This document shows positions 1-13,939 of a stretch of 64,000 nt of DNA, piece by piece. Under the pieces are notes generated by a model. That model was not told the DNA's origin. It did not search any database and worked only from the letters and a program-made list of their open reading frames with translations. Source of the DNA: Eledone cirrhosa (taxonomy: Eukaryota); NCBI GenBank assembly GCA_964016885.1, contig OZ024749.1, positions 8,308,001-8,372,000 of the forward strand, written 5' to 3'. Each line of letters begins with the position of its first letter. Positions within the stretch are counted from its first letter, which is position 1. The position numbers were made by a program, and so were the translations under genes.

Positions 1-3000
1 TCCCGATAAAGGGGGGTGTAACATCCTCAAACAGTTAATCGGCCGATTTGACCTGGCCGATAGATAGCGACTAGATTTTCCGACTGTGCCACTGTGGACG
101 TGGACTAATCGCAGCGGAACATCTAGATCGTACCTAGATAGGGTTCTAGTTAGAAATAAGGATAGGGACATGTTAAGCTGTCCACAAATGTTCATGGTTG
201 CCTATTCAGATCACAAACTAGTGACCTGCATGGTCAACCTTGATAGAACCCATAGACAAGGACCCGGCTACAGGAAGCTGAAATTGTCATTACTGACATG
301 CAAAGCCTACAGTAGACGGATTAGCACTATAGTTAAACAGCACTTGACAGAGGCCATTGTCAACAACAGATGGTGGTACTCTCACAAGAGGGCAGTTAGA
401 TTAGACTTGTTAGTTTTTAATAAAGAATTAGCGTTAGATAGAAATAGAACCGAGAAAGAACTGGTAGATAAAGTAGAAGAGGAAATTAGAAGTGGCAACG
501 TAGCCAGCTTGCTAGCAACGAGAACGGCCTTGGACCAGTTCTTCGACGCAAAGCATGAGGGCTGCGTTGTCAGAAGCAAAATACGTTCTCTGGGAAACGA
601 GGGAGCCAAAGCTGTTAGCTGGGCCCGAGTGACGGAGGCAAAAAGTGGCAACAAGTCCACGATTCGGTCTTTGAAGGACCAAAACGGACGCGTGATACGT
701 GAGCCGAAGCAGATGTGTGCGGCCTTTCAGCGGCACTTTGCTCAGCTGTTCGGGCAGGGCGGCGCACCGGGAGGGGCTATGGATTTTGGTCCATACCTCG
801 ACGGCCTACCGCGACTCTCGGACAGCGAGGCAAAGTTCTGCGAAAAGCCGATTTCAGCCGCTGAGATAGCGGACGCGCTCAGCCAATGCGGCAAACGCAA
901 ATCTCCAGGTCTCGACGGGCTACCCTACGAATTTTACGTAGCAATGCCGGACTTATTCTCCGGTCTCCTGGAAGCGGTCTACTGCAACTGGCAACAGAAC
1001 GGGAGAATTCCCAGTTCTGTGACCGGGGGCGTAGTCACACTAGTCAGGAAGGACGAGAATAAGGGGGATGACATAGGCAACTTCTGGCCCATAACTCTGC
1101 TAAACACAGAGTTACAGATTTTGGCCAAGGTGTTGGCAAAGAGGCTGGCACTTGTCGTCGAGAACCTGGTGGGAGAAGCGCAGACATGCGCAATCCCGAC
1201 CAGGTCCATACACGACAACCTCCATCTCATGCGATACATCATAGAGAGGGTAGGGTGTAAACCCGGCTTCGGTGGGGCCCTGATCAACTTGGATCAGTCT
1301 AAGGCTTTCGATAGGGTTGACCATCGTTACCTGGATGCGGTGCTCGAGGCGGCAGGCTTCGGACTCGTGTTCAGGGGTTGGATTGCTGCAATGCACAACA
1401 GCAACATCTGCTCAAGGGTTAAGGTGAACGGCTACCTCTCGGAGCCGTTCCATATCACGCGATCCATTCGACAGGGATGCCCTCTCTCCTCCCTTCTGTA
1501 CGTATTGACTCTCGATCCACTACTGCGGAAGTTGGAGCTTTTGCAGGACATCCCTCTTGAACCGGGTCTGCGGAAAGCGGCGTTGGCCTACGCCGACGAC
1601 GTGACAGTAATGGTGTCGAGTGCCTCGCAAATCGAGGAAGTCGGCACCTTACTGAAGGAATACAAAAGGTTCACAGGAGCGAAGCTGAACCGGGACAAGT
1701 CCATCGGTTTGCAACTCGGATCGTGGAGAGGCAGACCGATGCCTTCTGATGGCGTCGTCGGACGCTGGACGGAAGGACCAGTAAAGCTGCTCAGGGTCTG
1801 GTTTGGTCCGGACCTCCAGGTGGAGAAGAACTGGAATGAGGTATCGGCCAGGTGTTTGCACTCACCCAGAAGTGGGCGGAGTGCAAACTATCCTTAAAAG
1901 GTCGAGCGGAAGAGGCGAACATTTTTATAGCGTCCACCATCTACTACCGCTTGACCGTCGTGCCTTGTCCAGCCAAAACGCTCGCCAAAATGGAGCGCGC
2001 GCTCTTCCAATTCCTTTGAAAGAGGCGGGCTCCTTTGGTAAGAAGATCCATCTGCTGCCAACGCCCTTCCAACGGAGGGCTGAGGATGCCGTGGCTGATG
2101 ATACACAAACACGCGCTCATGCTGCGGCATCTCTATGTATTCCTCACCGGACAACCGGTGTGGGCCCCGTTCGTGAGGCAAGCCTTCCCACGACTCGTCT
2201 CGCTGACCGAGCTGCAGTCCTGGGTCAAGCAAAGACCGAGGAAAATGGGCGACTGGCACATCGAATGTGCTCAGGCGCTCACAGTCCTCTGGCAGGCGCA
2301 CCCCGCGATCAGTGGAGACTCCACTTCGTCATTCTATAGAGGGTTGGTCCGCAGCAAGTGCGACGACGCGCTCAGAGAAACTCTGGGCGTAGAGGAAGAT
2401 GAACTGGCCAGTCTGTTCGGTAGAACCTTCCGCCCGGGACCGATGGACAACTTCCAAAAGTCCCTGGCCTGGCAGTGCTATCGAGGAGCTCAACCAGTTC
2501 GAGACAAGCTCTACAGACATGGGCGCCCGGGCAGGGACCCTGCAAAAAAGATCTGTCCGAGGTTCGTGCGAGACGAAGAAACCGTTTCGTACGCATTCAT
2601 AGACTGCCCGGGCGTCACCGACCTGTGGGTCTATGTAGAACGACTATTGTCGCGGGTGGGACCAATCCAGTTGACCACCGAGTCCATTGTCATGATCAAA
2701 CCGCCACCCTCCTTCAAAAACGAAGGAGAGGCGGTTTTGCTTTTTGTGATAGCTATGGCGAAAGAGGTTGTATGGTGGACATGGTTGAAAGGGCTGAGGT
2801 CAGACACCTTTCTCTCCGGCCAACAACTGATTCTTTTTTTTCAAATACCACTTTGGAAGAAGAATCAGGATGGAGAGAGAGATGCTGTACCCCAGCAAGT
2901 TTTATGAAAGGTGGGTGAAAGTGGCGAGAAAGGCCCGAGTGAATGGGCCTTCTCTCTATATCAGCCTGTAAGTTGAGGAAAAAGAGGAGGAGAAGAAAGG

Positions 3001-3210
3001 GGTACAAACTCTTCGTACTCCTGGAGATGAGGGTTGCACATTTTTTTTCGGGGGTATGTGTTACCCATATGTAATGTCTCCCCCTATTGGGGAAAATCGA
3101 TTAATTTTTAAATTGCATTTGTGATAATATTTTACACATTTTTATTGTATGTAAACTTCCCCCTTTGTATTTGTCCCCTTCCTTTGTGCCCCTGTGGCTA
3201 ATAAAGAAAC
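1..3210 (+). mobile_element. Tx1/L1-clade non-LTR retrotransposon ORF2 (end of APE, RT, C-terminal Cys/His region), disrupted; 5' part lies outside the window
   Basis: ORF 86-1897 has the APE tail (SYLDRVL...SDHKLV) and RT motifs (KSPGLDG, PITLLN, DQSKAFDRVDH, IRQGCPLS, AYADDV). Homology continues via frameshift/stop into 2035-2907. The 3' end has AATAAA at 3200-3205, followed by (TATC)/(TC)n. Confidence 0.93.
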
Positions 3211-3695
3211 ATATCTATCTCTCTTTTTCCCTTTCTCTCTCTATCTATCTATCTATATATCTATCTCTTTCTCTCTCGTTATCCTAACATTCTCTCTTTC
3301 TCTCTCTATCTATCTATCTATTTCTCTCTCTCTCTCACTCACTTTCCATATCTTTCTTTCTCCTGACTTCTCACTCTCTTCATGTTGTCTTCTCTCTGTT
3401 TCCTTCTCTTGCTTTCCCTCGACTTCTCTCTCTCTCTCTCTCTCTGTTCTCATTTCTCTCAGATACACTCTCTTTCTCCTAACTACACGCACTCTTCTCT
3501 CTCCTTTCTCTCACATGCACTCTCTTTCCAATCCTATATGTATACCTCTGACACCACGCCCCTCTCATATCTCTCTCTACCTCCCCCTCTCTCACTCTCC
3601 ACACGCACTCACTCTATCTCCTATCTCTAAACCTCTGTCACCAACACGCCCCCCCCCCTCTCCCTTATCTCACTCCTTCTCTCTTTCGCTCTGTT
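3211..3695. repeat. (TC)n-rich low-complexity tract
   Basis: Degenerate CT/TATC microsatellite directly after the LINE 3' end. Confidence 0.9.
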
Positions 3696-3984
3696 AGTAT
3701 TATTTTTAGAATTACTTTTAACAATTTTATATTAAGTTTTCCTTAATTTAGCCAATGGTGTCTGTATTTTAGAATTCATTGACTCAGGGAAATGAAGAAT
3801 CTGCAAACGTAAGGGAATATGCAAAGGAGGAAACCTGGTAATTATAAGGAAATTGAGATCGTGATAATCGCAGAAGGATTGAGAACAAAGCAGTAAAAAC
3901 AAGCTAAACCCGTGGATGAAGAAAATTATAAAATATACGCCTTGGGAAAAGATTAAATAGAGGAAAGGCGATGTAGATAAAGAT

Positions 3985-4089
3985 AAATCTAGATAATTCT
4001 TATACACCGCCATCTTAGCATAAGTTACGCATGAAGGATTCCTGGTAATTAAGGATATAAATCTAGATAATTCTTATACACGGCCATCT
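3985..4089. repeat. About 50-bp direct duplication
   Basis: aaatctagataattcttatacac(c/g)gccatcttagcataagttacgcatga occurs twice. Confidence 0.85.
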
Positions 4090-4237
4090 TAGCATAAGTT
4101 ACGCATGATCTATTCGTGTTAATTAAGGATATTAAATTAATGAGATTCAACTGATTTCTGGATGATTTAAAGTTAAGATTTAAAAAAGTGAAGAAAAGCA
4201 ACAAAATATTTGCATAATCTTAAGAGTTTCTCATTTA

Positions 4238-4428
4238 GGTACAATTTTGGGGGAGAGGAAAGTCAATTAACTCAAACCACAGTGTGTTACTGGTACTTTA
4301 TTTATGTACCCCGTAAGGATGAAAGGCAAAGCTGACATCAGCGACATTTGAAATCAGAACGTAAAGGGACGTATCTATATGCCACAAAGCATGTTGTACT
4401 TCGTTCTACCGATTTTTCCAATCCACCG
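4238..4428 (-). mobile_element. tRNA-derived SINE, family S1 (diverged)
   Basis: Matches other copies in the window (ttactggtactttatt...ccccgtaaggatgaaaggcaaag...atttgaa.tcagaacgtaaag). Confidence 0.75.
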
Positions 4429-4435
4429 ATACTGA

Positions 4436-4779
4436 CATTCGTTTTTCATTTGATTTTACGTCCGCTTTTTCCCTGCTTGCAAGGGTGGGACGGGAACTGA
4501 TTTTGGCTTGATTTCTACAGTTGGATGCCCTTCCTAACACCAACCTCATTTACAGTGTGTGCTGGGTGCTTTTTTGCCTTGGCACCTGCACGACCACTTT
4601 GCAGTGGAATGATATGGGCCCCAGTCCCTATCATCTCATTTCTACAGCTGAGTAAATGGAGCAATGTGAAATAAAGTGTCTTGCTCAAGGAAACAACACA
4701 TCACCCGGTCTGAGAATTGAACTCACAACCTTTCGATTGCAAGGCCAATGCTCTAACCACTAAGCCATGTGCCTCCATC
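4436..4779 (-). mobile_element. tRNA-derived CORE-type SINE, family S2
   Basis: Reverse complement has A box (tggcttagtggttagagc), B box (gagttcaattc) and a CORE-like ccttgagcaagacactt. It is a near-identical inverted copy of 7247-7585. Confidence 0.85.
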
Positions 4780-4917
4780 TTATAATAAAACTATAAAATT
4801 GTGTTAGCGTACCAGGTGCGTGGTAGTGGCGGTGGGGAGTCGGGTATTCATCGTTCCCCTCGTAAGACCTTTGGAACAATGCACATTACATGAGAGGGTG
4901 AGAGAAGAACTATATGG

Positions 4918-5236
4918 AACAAGAGGTGACCAATTGAGGGCACCTAGATGAATCTGGCTAAAAAAATGTGACCATTTGAAAGCATCTAGATGGCTATGGC
5001 TAAATAGCGGTGACCACTTGAGGGCATCAAAAAATGGCTCTAGCTAAAAAGAGGTGGCCATTTGAGGACACCTAGAATACTCTTGTTAAAAAGACATGAC
5101 CACTTGAGGGCCTCTAGTTGACACTGGCTAAAAGGTGGTGACCAATTGAGGGCCCCTACAAAACTCTGGCTAAAAAGACGTGACTACTTGAGGGCACCTA
5201 GAATACTCTGGCTAAAAAGAGGTGACCACTTGGGCA
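4918..5236. repeat. Minisatellite, about 42-bp unit, 7-8 copies
   Basis: Consensus ggctaaaaagaggtgaccacttgagggcacctagaatactct. Confidence 0.9.
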
Positions 5237-6077
5237 CAGGTTGAAGCTTGATCAAACTTGACCAGGTAATCTAGATGAGATTTTATGTTGTTAGAGACGA
5301 AACACCCAGGATATAACACTGATATAACACTGATGATGTATCCAAGTATTTGTATCTGTAGATGTATGAAGAAGTTATAAAATAGACAATCAACATATTA
5401 TAGATTATTATCGAACATCAAATATAATTCACTCAATAAAACTGAGATATATTGAAGGGCGCCAAAACTCGTGTTCAAAGAATAACAATTGATCTAGCAT
5501 TTGATAACGAAATAAAACAGATTATATCCCGATATCCTTATTTCAATATTAATGATCATAAGAATAATTTTGCACAATATTCATTTTTTCGATTAATAAC
5601 CCCATCTAAAACACACGTCGGAGTTAGTAGCAAAGATATACTCTAGAAAAAAATCATACATTTTATATTTTCAGTTTTACACTCTATGAATTATACATTT
5701 GCCACAATAGAAACGAACATAAAAGTCTTGAAAATCGATTTTATCCTCCGCACACACGACAATTTACTCCACTATGATCATATGGTGTCAGCATGGGAGT
5801 GAAAGAGTCCGTTAAGGTCAGTGATATCGTCGGATGATAAAATTAAAGGAAGTACTAACAGGAACAATGCTTTTCGAATTTTACTTTTCAGCAAATATAT
5901 TCGGGAAAACCTTACACGACCTTTTTAACATCATAGAACTACAAGAGATTTAGCGAAACACTTGAAGCGGAGAAAATAGAGGTGGGCTGCGCCGACTAAC
6001 ATTGATGGAAATTATTCAAACACTGGAATAATATTTTCTCCCATGAGCAAGAAGAATGTATGGATAAAGGGATCAAT

Positions 6078-6364
6078 AAGTAGATAGATAGATACATAAG
6101 ATAGATAGATACATAAATATATTGATAGATAAATACATACACACATACATACCTACATACATACATACACACACACATACATACATACACACACATACAT
6201 ACATACACACATACATACATACATATATACACACACACACATACATACATACACACACATACATACACACACATACATACATACACACACACACATATAC
6301 ATACATACATACACACACATACATACATACATACACACACACATATACATACATACACACACAC

Positions 6365-6399
<35 letters not shown>

Positions 6400-6712
6400 T
6401 ACATACACACACACATACACACACACATACACACACATACATACATACACACACACACACACATACATACACACACACATACACACACACACATACATAC
6501 ATACATACATACACACACACACATACACACACACACGCACACACACATACATACATACACACATACACACATACATACATACATACATACATACATACAT
6601 ACATACATACATAGACAGACAGGCATATAGACAGATATGCAGATAGCTAGGTAGATGGAGATATATATATAAAGAGAGAGAGAGATAGAGAGAGAGAGAG
6701 GGGGTAAGAGAG
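6078..6712. repeat. (GATA)/(TACA)/(CA)/(GA) compound microsatellite
   Basis: Seen directly; explains the YVC/HT ORFs. Confidence 0.95.
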
Positions 6713-7204
6713 AGGCATGCATGATTATTACTTGCTATATGTATATCCGTGTTTAATGAATCATTAAGAACCTCGCTCAACCGGAAATCGATTGCAAGCT
6801 TTGTTCCTTGTTACGTATTGACACACACATTGAGTGAAAACAGTCCATACACAAATAGACTTAATCCATGCGCTTTAATAAACCTTCGTATTCAAACTTC
6901 CTTCCTATGAGGACAATATCACCAGCCTTAGCTACATGCATTAAAACAATTCATTTGTACCGAATGACGGAACTATAGAATCATTGAAATACTGAATAAC
7001 TGATCAAGTGAATGACAGAATGACGGTATGGTGGAATGACTGAATGACTAAATTTAACTGATTTAATGGAATGACTTAATGCTTGAATAGGGAAAATAAA
7101 ACTTTATTTTAACGGCTTTCATTACAGAACTGGATTGTGAAATGAACGAGCTAAACGATATCTGAATAGGAATGAATCCCAACTACAACCACTACCAACA
7201 ATAA

Positions 7205-8045
7205 TAAATGTTTCTAGTTTTAGCACAAGGCCAGCAATTATCCAGTATATGGCTCAGTGGTTAGAGCATTGGCCTTGCAATCGAAAGGTTGTGAGTTCAA
7301 TTCTCAGACCGGGCGATGTGTTGTTTCCTTGAGCAAGACACTTTATTTCACGTTGCTCCAGTTTACTCAGCTGTAGAAATGAGATGATAGGGACTGGGAT
7401 CCCTCTCATTCCACTGCAAAGTGGTCGTGGAGGTGCCACGGCAAAAAAAGCACCCAGCACTCACTGTAAATGAGGTTGGTGTTAGGAAGGGGATCCAGCT
7501 GTAGAAATCAAGCCAGAATCAGTTCCCGTCCCACCCTTGCAAGCAGGGAATAGCGGACGTAAAATGAAATGATGATGATGATGATTACTGGTACTTTATT
7601 TTATCGACCCCGTAAGGATGAAAAGCAAAGTTAACCTCGACGGGATTTGAACTCAGATCGTAAAGGGACGTAACTATGCTGGAAAGCATGGCGTCCAACC
7701 CTCTAACGATGCTGCCAATTCGCCGTCCTACAACAATAATAATAATGATTTCTAGTATAGACACAAAGCCAGCAATTTGTGGGAGGGAGAAGCCAATTAT
7801 ATTGACCCCAGTACATTACTGATACTTTATTTTATCGATTCTGTAAGCATTGAAGGCAAAGTTAACCTAGCAGGTTTGAACTCAACCAACAACAATAATA
7901 CTAATGGTTTTTAATTTAGACATAAGGCCAACAATTTTAAGGACGGAGAAAGTCAATTAAATCGACCCCAGTGCATTACTGGTACTTTATTTTATCGACC
8001 CCCGTGAGGATGAAAGACAAAACCAGCCCCGACGAGATTTGAAAA
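7205..8045 (-). mobile_element. Cluster of three S1 SINE copies or fragments (7205-7246 plus 7586-7728; 7745-7885; 7905-8045)
   Basis: Repeated tactggtactttattttatcgacccc...ggatgaaa..caaag motif separated by (aat/aac)n tails. Confidence 0.8.
7247..7585 (+). mobile_element. tRNA-derived CORE-type SINE S2 nested inside an S1 SINE
   Basis: A and B boxes, CORE-like segment and (gat)n tail. It interrupts an S1 copy (gcacaaggccagcaattatccagtat | attactggtactttatt). Confidence 0.85.
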
Positions 8046-8137
8046 ATAATAATAACAATAGCAATAACGCCACCACAATCTCTGGTACAACCACCACTGT
8101 CAACAATGATACCACCATGAATAACAACAATGAAACT

Positions 8138-8169
<32 letters not shown>

Positions 8170-8500
8170 CAACACCAACACCATCAACAATGACAACACA
8201 ACAACAACAACAACACCACCAACAATGAGACCACCACCACAACAACAACAACAATAACACCACATCAACAACACCACCACCAACAATGACACCACCAACA
8301 CAACAACAACACCACCAACAATGACACCACCACCACCAACAACAACAACACCACCACATCAACAACACCACCACCAACAATGACACCACCACCACCAACA
8401 ATGACACCACCAACAACACCACCACCAACAATGACACCACCACCAACAACAACAACACCACCACTACCATCATCAACAACAACAATGACAGCATCACTAT
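8046..8500. repeat. (CAA/CAC)n trinucleotide tract
   Basis: Seen directly. Confidence 0.95.
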
Positions 8501-9195
8501 GAACACGGTCACCTCATTCCCCATCATTTCCTGTTGCTCCGGTACTCCCAGGGGAAAGGGAGTACCAGCAGTTCCTAGAAGATAACCCTTCGATGGCCTT
8601 CTCTCCTATGTAAGAGGGTGGGGGAGGGGGGATTGTACTCTGTCACATGACCCCGATGAAACCGGTATAAACACTGACTAAGTGACCCTCCCAGTTTTTT
8701 TTTTGGGGGGGGGGGGGGGGGGGATAAGCAGTTCTTTCGTCTCAGAGAAATATACTGACTCTAGGTAACTTAAAATAAAGGAAGAGGCTATATAGCCGGT
8801 AAGAGTGTCAGACACCAGGAGTTGTGGCTCCAGTTAAAATAATTCTTTAGACAATTTGAAATCTTTTCCACCATCAATTGTTAAAAAAACAAGTTGAAAT
8901 TATTCAGTCGTCCATTTGTAACGTATGTTACCCGTTAGTTACATACACACACATCTCTACGTAAATACATAAACAGATAGAGTCAACAGAAGGATGAGAC
9001 TGGTGAAACGCTATAGTGATGTGTGTTGCGTCCCTTTAGGGTTTACCGGCAACATAGCCTATTCGTAAAATAAAAGCCATGTCTGCGATGAATCAATATC
9101 GTTACAGTGTTATTGTGTATTCGTGAAACATATACATGTACACCAGGTCCGAAAACGAAGGAACCAAACTCCCACTGCCTCCGTCTCTCCTGCTC

Positions 9196-9416
9196 TCACC
9201 ATCTCTCACTATTATTAGCAAATGTGGGGGGGGGGGGGGGGCACGCACTGGCCGCCATGCGGCTCCGGCGGACAGAATAGAGAAGGATGGCGAGGGAGCC
9301 GCGCTGGAAGAACCATTCCAGCACGCGAGGCACAGACGTGCATGTAGCTAACTGTATGCTGATGGTGGTGAAGAGGGAGGTGGCCCTAGGGCTAAGGACA
9401 CCAGAAGACTCCACTG
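9196..9416 (-). mobile_element. 3' fragment of a CRE-clade non-LTR element (end of RLE domain)
   Basis: Translation GVLSPRATSLFTTI...LEWFFQRGSLAIL is homologous to 22385-22660 in this window. Confidence 0.8.
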
Positions 9417-9958
9417 CTTATTTAATCAATAATTTCCTTCTTCACAGAAATTCTTGTTTCATATTTTTAAAGTAGTTAAAATTGTAATTTCGTTTGCTAA
9501 ATTGCTGCGTCTTGAGAAAATCTATTTAATTTGATTTATGAAACAAAGATGTCGTTTGAGTAAAAGTTTTATCATGCATGTTGCTGTGGCATGTGTGTCA
9601 TAGTGGTTATAGTGGTGAGCTCACAAGTGTATAAGCTGTGGTTCTGATCCTCAGAACAAACCTGGCGTCATGACTGTGGGCATAACCCTTTATTCAGGGT
9701 TGATCCAACCCACGTGACTGAAGACTTAAATACCATGAGTAACTGGAGTTAACTTTCTGTCACGTGGGAGAGAAGGAGGAGGTTGTGCTCTCTATAAAGC
9801 CACGGTAACTACCAGCCCGAGCTGGAGTTAACTTTGCTAACGTCTGGGAGAGTGTGTGGGGGTGCTTCGTACGTTGAAGGAAACCGCAATAAACCCCGCG
9901 CTAATTATTTAATAGATTCGAAACAGTATTTAACATATGTTAATAGGTTGTCATACAA

Positions 9959-10029
<71 letters not shown>

Positions 10030-10098
10030 TAGAATAAAAAATGCAAATGCAAAAGATATTGTTGACAATTAGTCTTTTACCTTAGATTTATTTAAATG

Positions 10099-10136
10099 TT
10101 CTTAATTTTCGAGATAATATCTCTTCTTCGGAGGGA
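10099..10136 (-). ncRNA. Minimal hammerhead-like motif in the PLE pseudo-LTR (variant core CCGAAGA); second copy at 13123-13160
   Basis: Reverse complement reads CCT-CCGAAGA-AGAGA tatta TCTC-GAAA-AT-TA-AG(G/A). Stem I is short. Confidence 0.6.
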
Positions 10137-10479
10137 AGTAAAGCGGTTAAACAGTGTTCTAAATAGCTTGCCAAGTCATGCTGACAGGAAATGGTATAGA
10201 GTATCTGTTCTATCTCTAATGTCAAAGAGTTAAGGTTAGGTGGATAAAGAGTAGTCTCCCTTTAAAAGGGTTTTTTTGTTGTACATGTCTGTTTAAGTGT
10301 GTGGGAGAATGCGTGAATGTGTAAGTATGTGTGTGTGTGTGTGAGAAGATGTCTATACGTAAATGTGGGGGATAGATGTTCTCTCGTGTTAGAACTCGTC
10401 TTTGTGTGTGTATGTGTGTGTGTGAGAGAGAATAAGTGGAGGTGTAAGCGTGTGTGTGTGGAAGGGGTGTAAGTATGGG

Positions 10480-13092
10480 GCTAGATGCTCTATCAAGTTA
10501 TAAATTGGGTGTTGAGTTCTAGTATATTATTGATTGGTGGTTGTGTTTTGTCTATAATTAGTGCTTCCTTAATTCTAAGATTGCCGAGGTTTCTTTCCTT
10601 AGTTTCTATCCGAATTGTTATGGTTTTGTCGGTGTTTTTGCATTTCACTAGGTGTTTCTTAAATGAGGAAGCGTTACTATTGAGGTGTTCTTTTATTCTT
10701 ATGTGGAGTGGTCTTGTGGTGCTACCTACGTAGACGTTGCTGCATTTGTCGCACTCTAGTCTGTATACGACGTAAGCCTGGTGGCATAGGTCTGTGTCGT
10801 TGATGGGGCAGTTGGCTAGCCTGCAGCGGTGTCATGTCTGGTGGAGTGTTTTTTGGTTAGCTGTCCGCGTAGAGAAGGTCCTGAGTGGGCCAGTTGGATA
10901 TCTAGTCCCTCTCGTCTGATAGCTCTGCGGATGGCCGTTGTTGTTTCGTCACTGAAGTGTGCAAGCTTCAGGAAGCAAGTGTTAGTGCCTCGGGTGTGCT
11001 GTCCTCTGTTCTTTCTGGCACGGTTTGTGGTGGATGTCGTGTATCCGTTCAGTTTGAGTACTTCCAGGAAATGTGTGGTGTGTGTGTCTCAGTCTCTAGC
11101 ATCGGTGCATTTGTTCCGGATACGTGTTAGTTCGTTCCTTGTGTATCCGAACTTAGCGCCGGCTGGGAGGGCCGATCTGAAATGTACGAACAGGTCCCTG
11201 CTGGCGGCTTTTTTATAGAAGCAGGTGTGGATGTTGCCTTCCTCTGTTACCCTGAGTTGAAAGTCCAGTAGGGATAGTGATCCGCGGTCATCGGGGTGTT
11301 CCATGTTGAACTTTATACTGGCGTCCATGCTGGAGAATGTTGTGTATATTTTATCCGCCTCCTCACGGGATGATGTAAGGATGAGTATGTCATCTACATA
11401 TCGGGTGAAGAAGGCATGGGAATGGCAGGTGTTGAGGGCTCGGCATTCTAGCTGGTTCATATAGGTGATGGCCAGCAGGCCCGATAGGCTGGATCCCATG
11501 GGTAATCCTGTTGTTTGTCTGTATGTGTGGTGGTGGAAGGTGAAGTACGTGTTGTTCACTGTGAAGGACAAAAGCTGGTGTATGTCCGTCGGATGGAGGC
11601 CGAAGCAGTGGATGTCCTCCGCGACCACGCAGTCCGTCAATAAATCGACAGCTGGATGAGCGGGGACTGTAGTGTAGAGGGGGACAACGTCGAGGCTAAA
11701 GGCGTATCTATTTAGTTTAAGTTGTTCTGGCTGGAGTTGGTGTAGTCTACGTATGACTTCGTCGGAGCTACTGACATGCCCGGGAAAGGTGGAGAGTAGA
11801 GGCTTGAGGAGCCAGGAGATTTTGTATAGGGGTCCTATGCTAGAGACGATGGGTCTTATTTGGTTCTTAGTACTATTCTTGTGGGTCTTCATGAGGTGGT
11901 AGAAAGTGGGCAGTCTGCTATTTCTAGTGGTGTAGTTGAGCTTAACTTTATTTGGGAGTTGTCTTCTACTACAGATGTCGAACCAGATGGAGTTGGTCTG
12001 TTTTTCGATCTGGGCTGCATTCATGTCCGGGATCTCTGTATATAGTTCATTGTCGCTTAGGTGTTCAAAGGCTAGGTTGTTGTATGTGGCTTGAGAGATG
12101 ACGCAAAACTCTTTACCTTTGTCGGATGGTAAGTATATAAGTTCCCTATTCTGTAGGTTCTTCAGGGCGAGTTGTTGTGTCCTGGAGAGGTTTGAGGCTA
12201 TCTTCTGTTTCCATAAGATGTTAAATACGGAATGTTTTAACCTCGAGAGTTTTTCTTCAAGCTCGCGGTGGACAGAGTGGGCGATCCAATTGGTATATCG
12301 GGAATCTGGGTTTGATATCCATTTTAGTTGGTAGGCAGCCCGACAGAAATTCGTTTCTATGTCGAGCCATAATATGTCGTCCAGTCTCTGTTTCAATATG
12401 AACTTGGGACCCAGGCTGGGGAGGTCTAATTCCTCTCGGGAGAGGGATCCTGTCAAGTCTGTGACGAGGTGTTTTGCGTCAGGTGTGAAGTTTGTCGTGG
12501 CGCCGCTAGGTTCGGTGTTGGTACCGTCTTGTTCGCCTCTGTTGGTGCTTAGAGTTGGGATGTTGTTAAGACGGTTAGCCATGCTGAGTTTGAGAAATGT
12601 TTGCGTTAGGCGTATTTTCTCGTAGTCTCGGCGATGGTGGTATGACCTGTCTATAGCGGCGGAGATAACTCTGGAGACAGATTCTGGGGTTTCAGCGAGT
12701 TGTGGTACAAGGCTGGAAATAGTCCGTATGTGTTGTTGTAGCGTGCGCTGTAGGTTTTGTATGAGTTTTCTTAGGCAGAAATTGTGTATGTAGCTAAGTG
12801 ATCGTTTGAGGCCTGGTGATTTGAAGCATGTTGGTAGGTGCAAGTTTTTGATAGTTTTGGGCATGATGTTGTTATTCAGGCATCGTTTTAGGAAGTTTAT
12901 TTGGCAGCCGGCTTTGGCGCGCTTTTCAGATAGCTGGAAGAGTTTCTTTACAGTTGTGAACTGGGCCTGGCTCAAGCGTAAAGAAAGGAGAACGTTGTGT
13001 AATGAGGTATAAACGTTTGAATTTGTAAAGCCAAAACAATGCAGGTATGTACATAGAATAAAAAATGCAAATGCAAAAGATATTGTTGACAA
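10480..13092 (-). pseudogene. PLE RT + GIY-YIG ORF with one in-frame TGA (11089-11091) and one frameshift (near 10830)
   Basis: Motifs LPSDKG, KTHK...RPIVS, FSLDV..LYT, QTTGLPMGS, RYVDD and LLDF. Past the TGA the frame stays open (FLEVLKLNGY), then shifts to C..NCP..CHQAYVVYRLECDKC.NVYVGSTTR.LHIRIKEH. Confidence 0.9.
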
Positions 13093-13729
13093 TTAGTCTT
13101 TTACCTTAGATTTATTTAAATGTCCTTAATTTTCGAGATAATATCTCTTCTTCGGAGGGAAGTAAAGCGGTTAAACAGTGTTCTAAATAGCTTGCCAAGT
13201 AATGCTGACAGGAAATGGTATAGAGTATCTGTTCTATCTCTAATGTCAAAGAGTTAAGGTTAGGTGGATAAAGAGTAGTCTCCCTTTAAAAGGTTGTTTT
13301 TTTTGTACATGTCTGTTTAAGTGTGTGGGAGAATGCGTGAATGTGTAAGTATGTGTATGTGTGTGTGTGAGAGAGCATAAGTGGGTGTGGGAGGGGGTGT
13401 AAGTATGGGGCTAGATGATGTATCAAGTTTAAATTGGGTGTTGAGTTCTAGTCTATTATTGATTGGTGGTTGTGTTTTGTCTATAATTAGTGCTTCCTTA
13501 ATTCTAAGATTGCCGAGGTTTCTTTCCTTAGTTTCTATCCGAATTGTTATGGTTTTGTCGGTGTTTTTGCATTTCACTGGGTGTTTCTTAAATGAGGAAG
13601 CGTTACTATTGAGGTGTTCTTTTATTCTTATGTGGAGTGGTCTGGTGGTGCTACCTACGTAGACGTTGCTGAATTTGTCGCACTCTAGTCTATATACGAC
13701 GTAAAGCTGGGGGCATAGGTCTGTGTCGT

Positions 13730-13830
<101 letters not shown>

Positions 13831-13939
13831 CTGCGATGCCGAGACACTCAATGCATATAGAGAGACACAAGCAGAAACCACTTGGCACCGCGGTAGAGAT
13901 TTCTCTCTCTCTCTCTGTATGTATATATATATATATATA

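Noticed and set aside
7247-7320. tRNA gene
   Set aside because: The A/B boxes continue into a SINE body and tail, and there is no complete acceptor stem.
11089-11091. In-frame TGA in the PLE ORF as selenocysteine (as in Naiad elements)
   Set aside because: The context D-*-D fits CGA-to-TGA decay and is not a Cys position. The ORF also has a frameshift, and its endonuclease is C-terminal, unlike Naiads.
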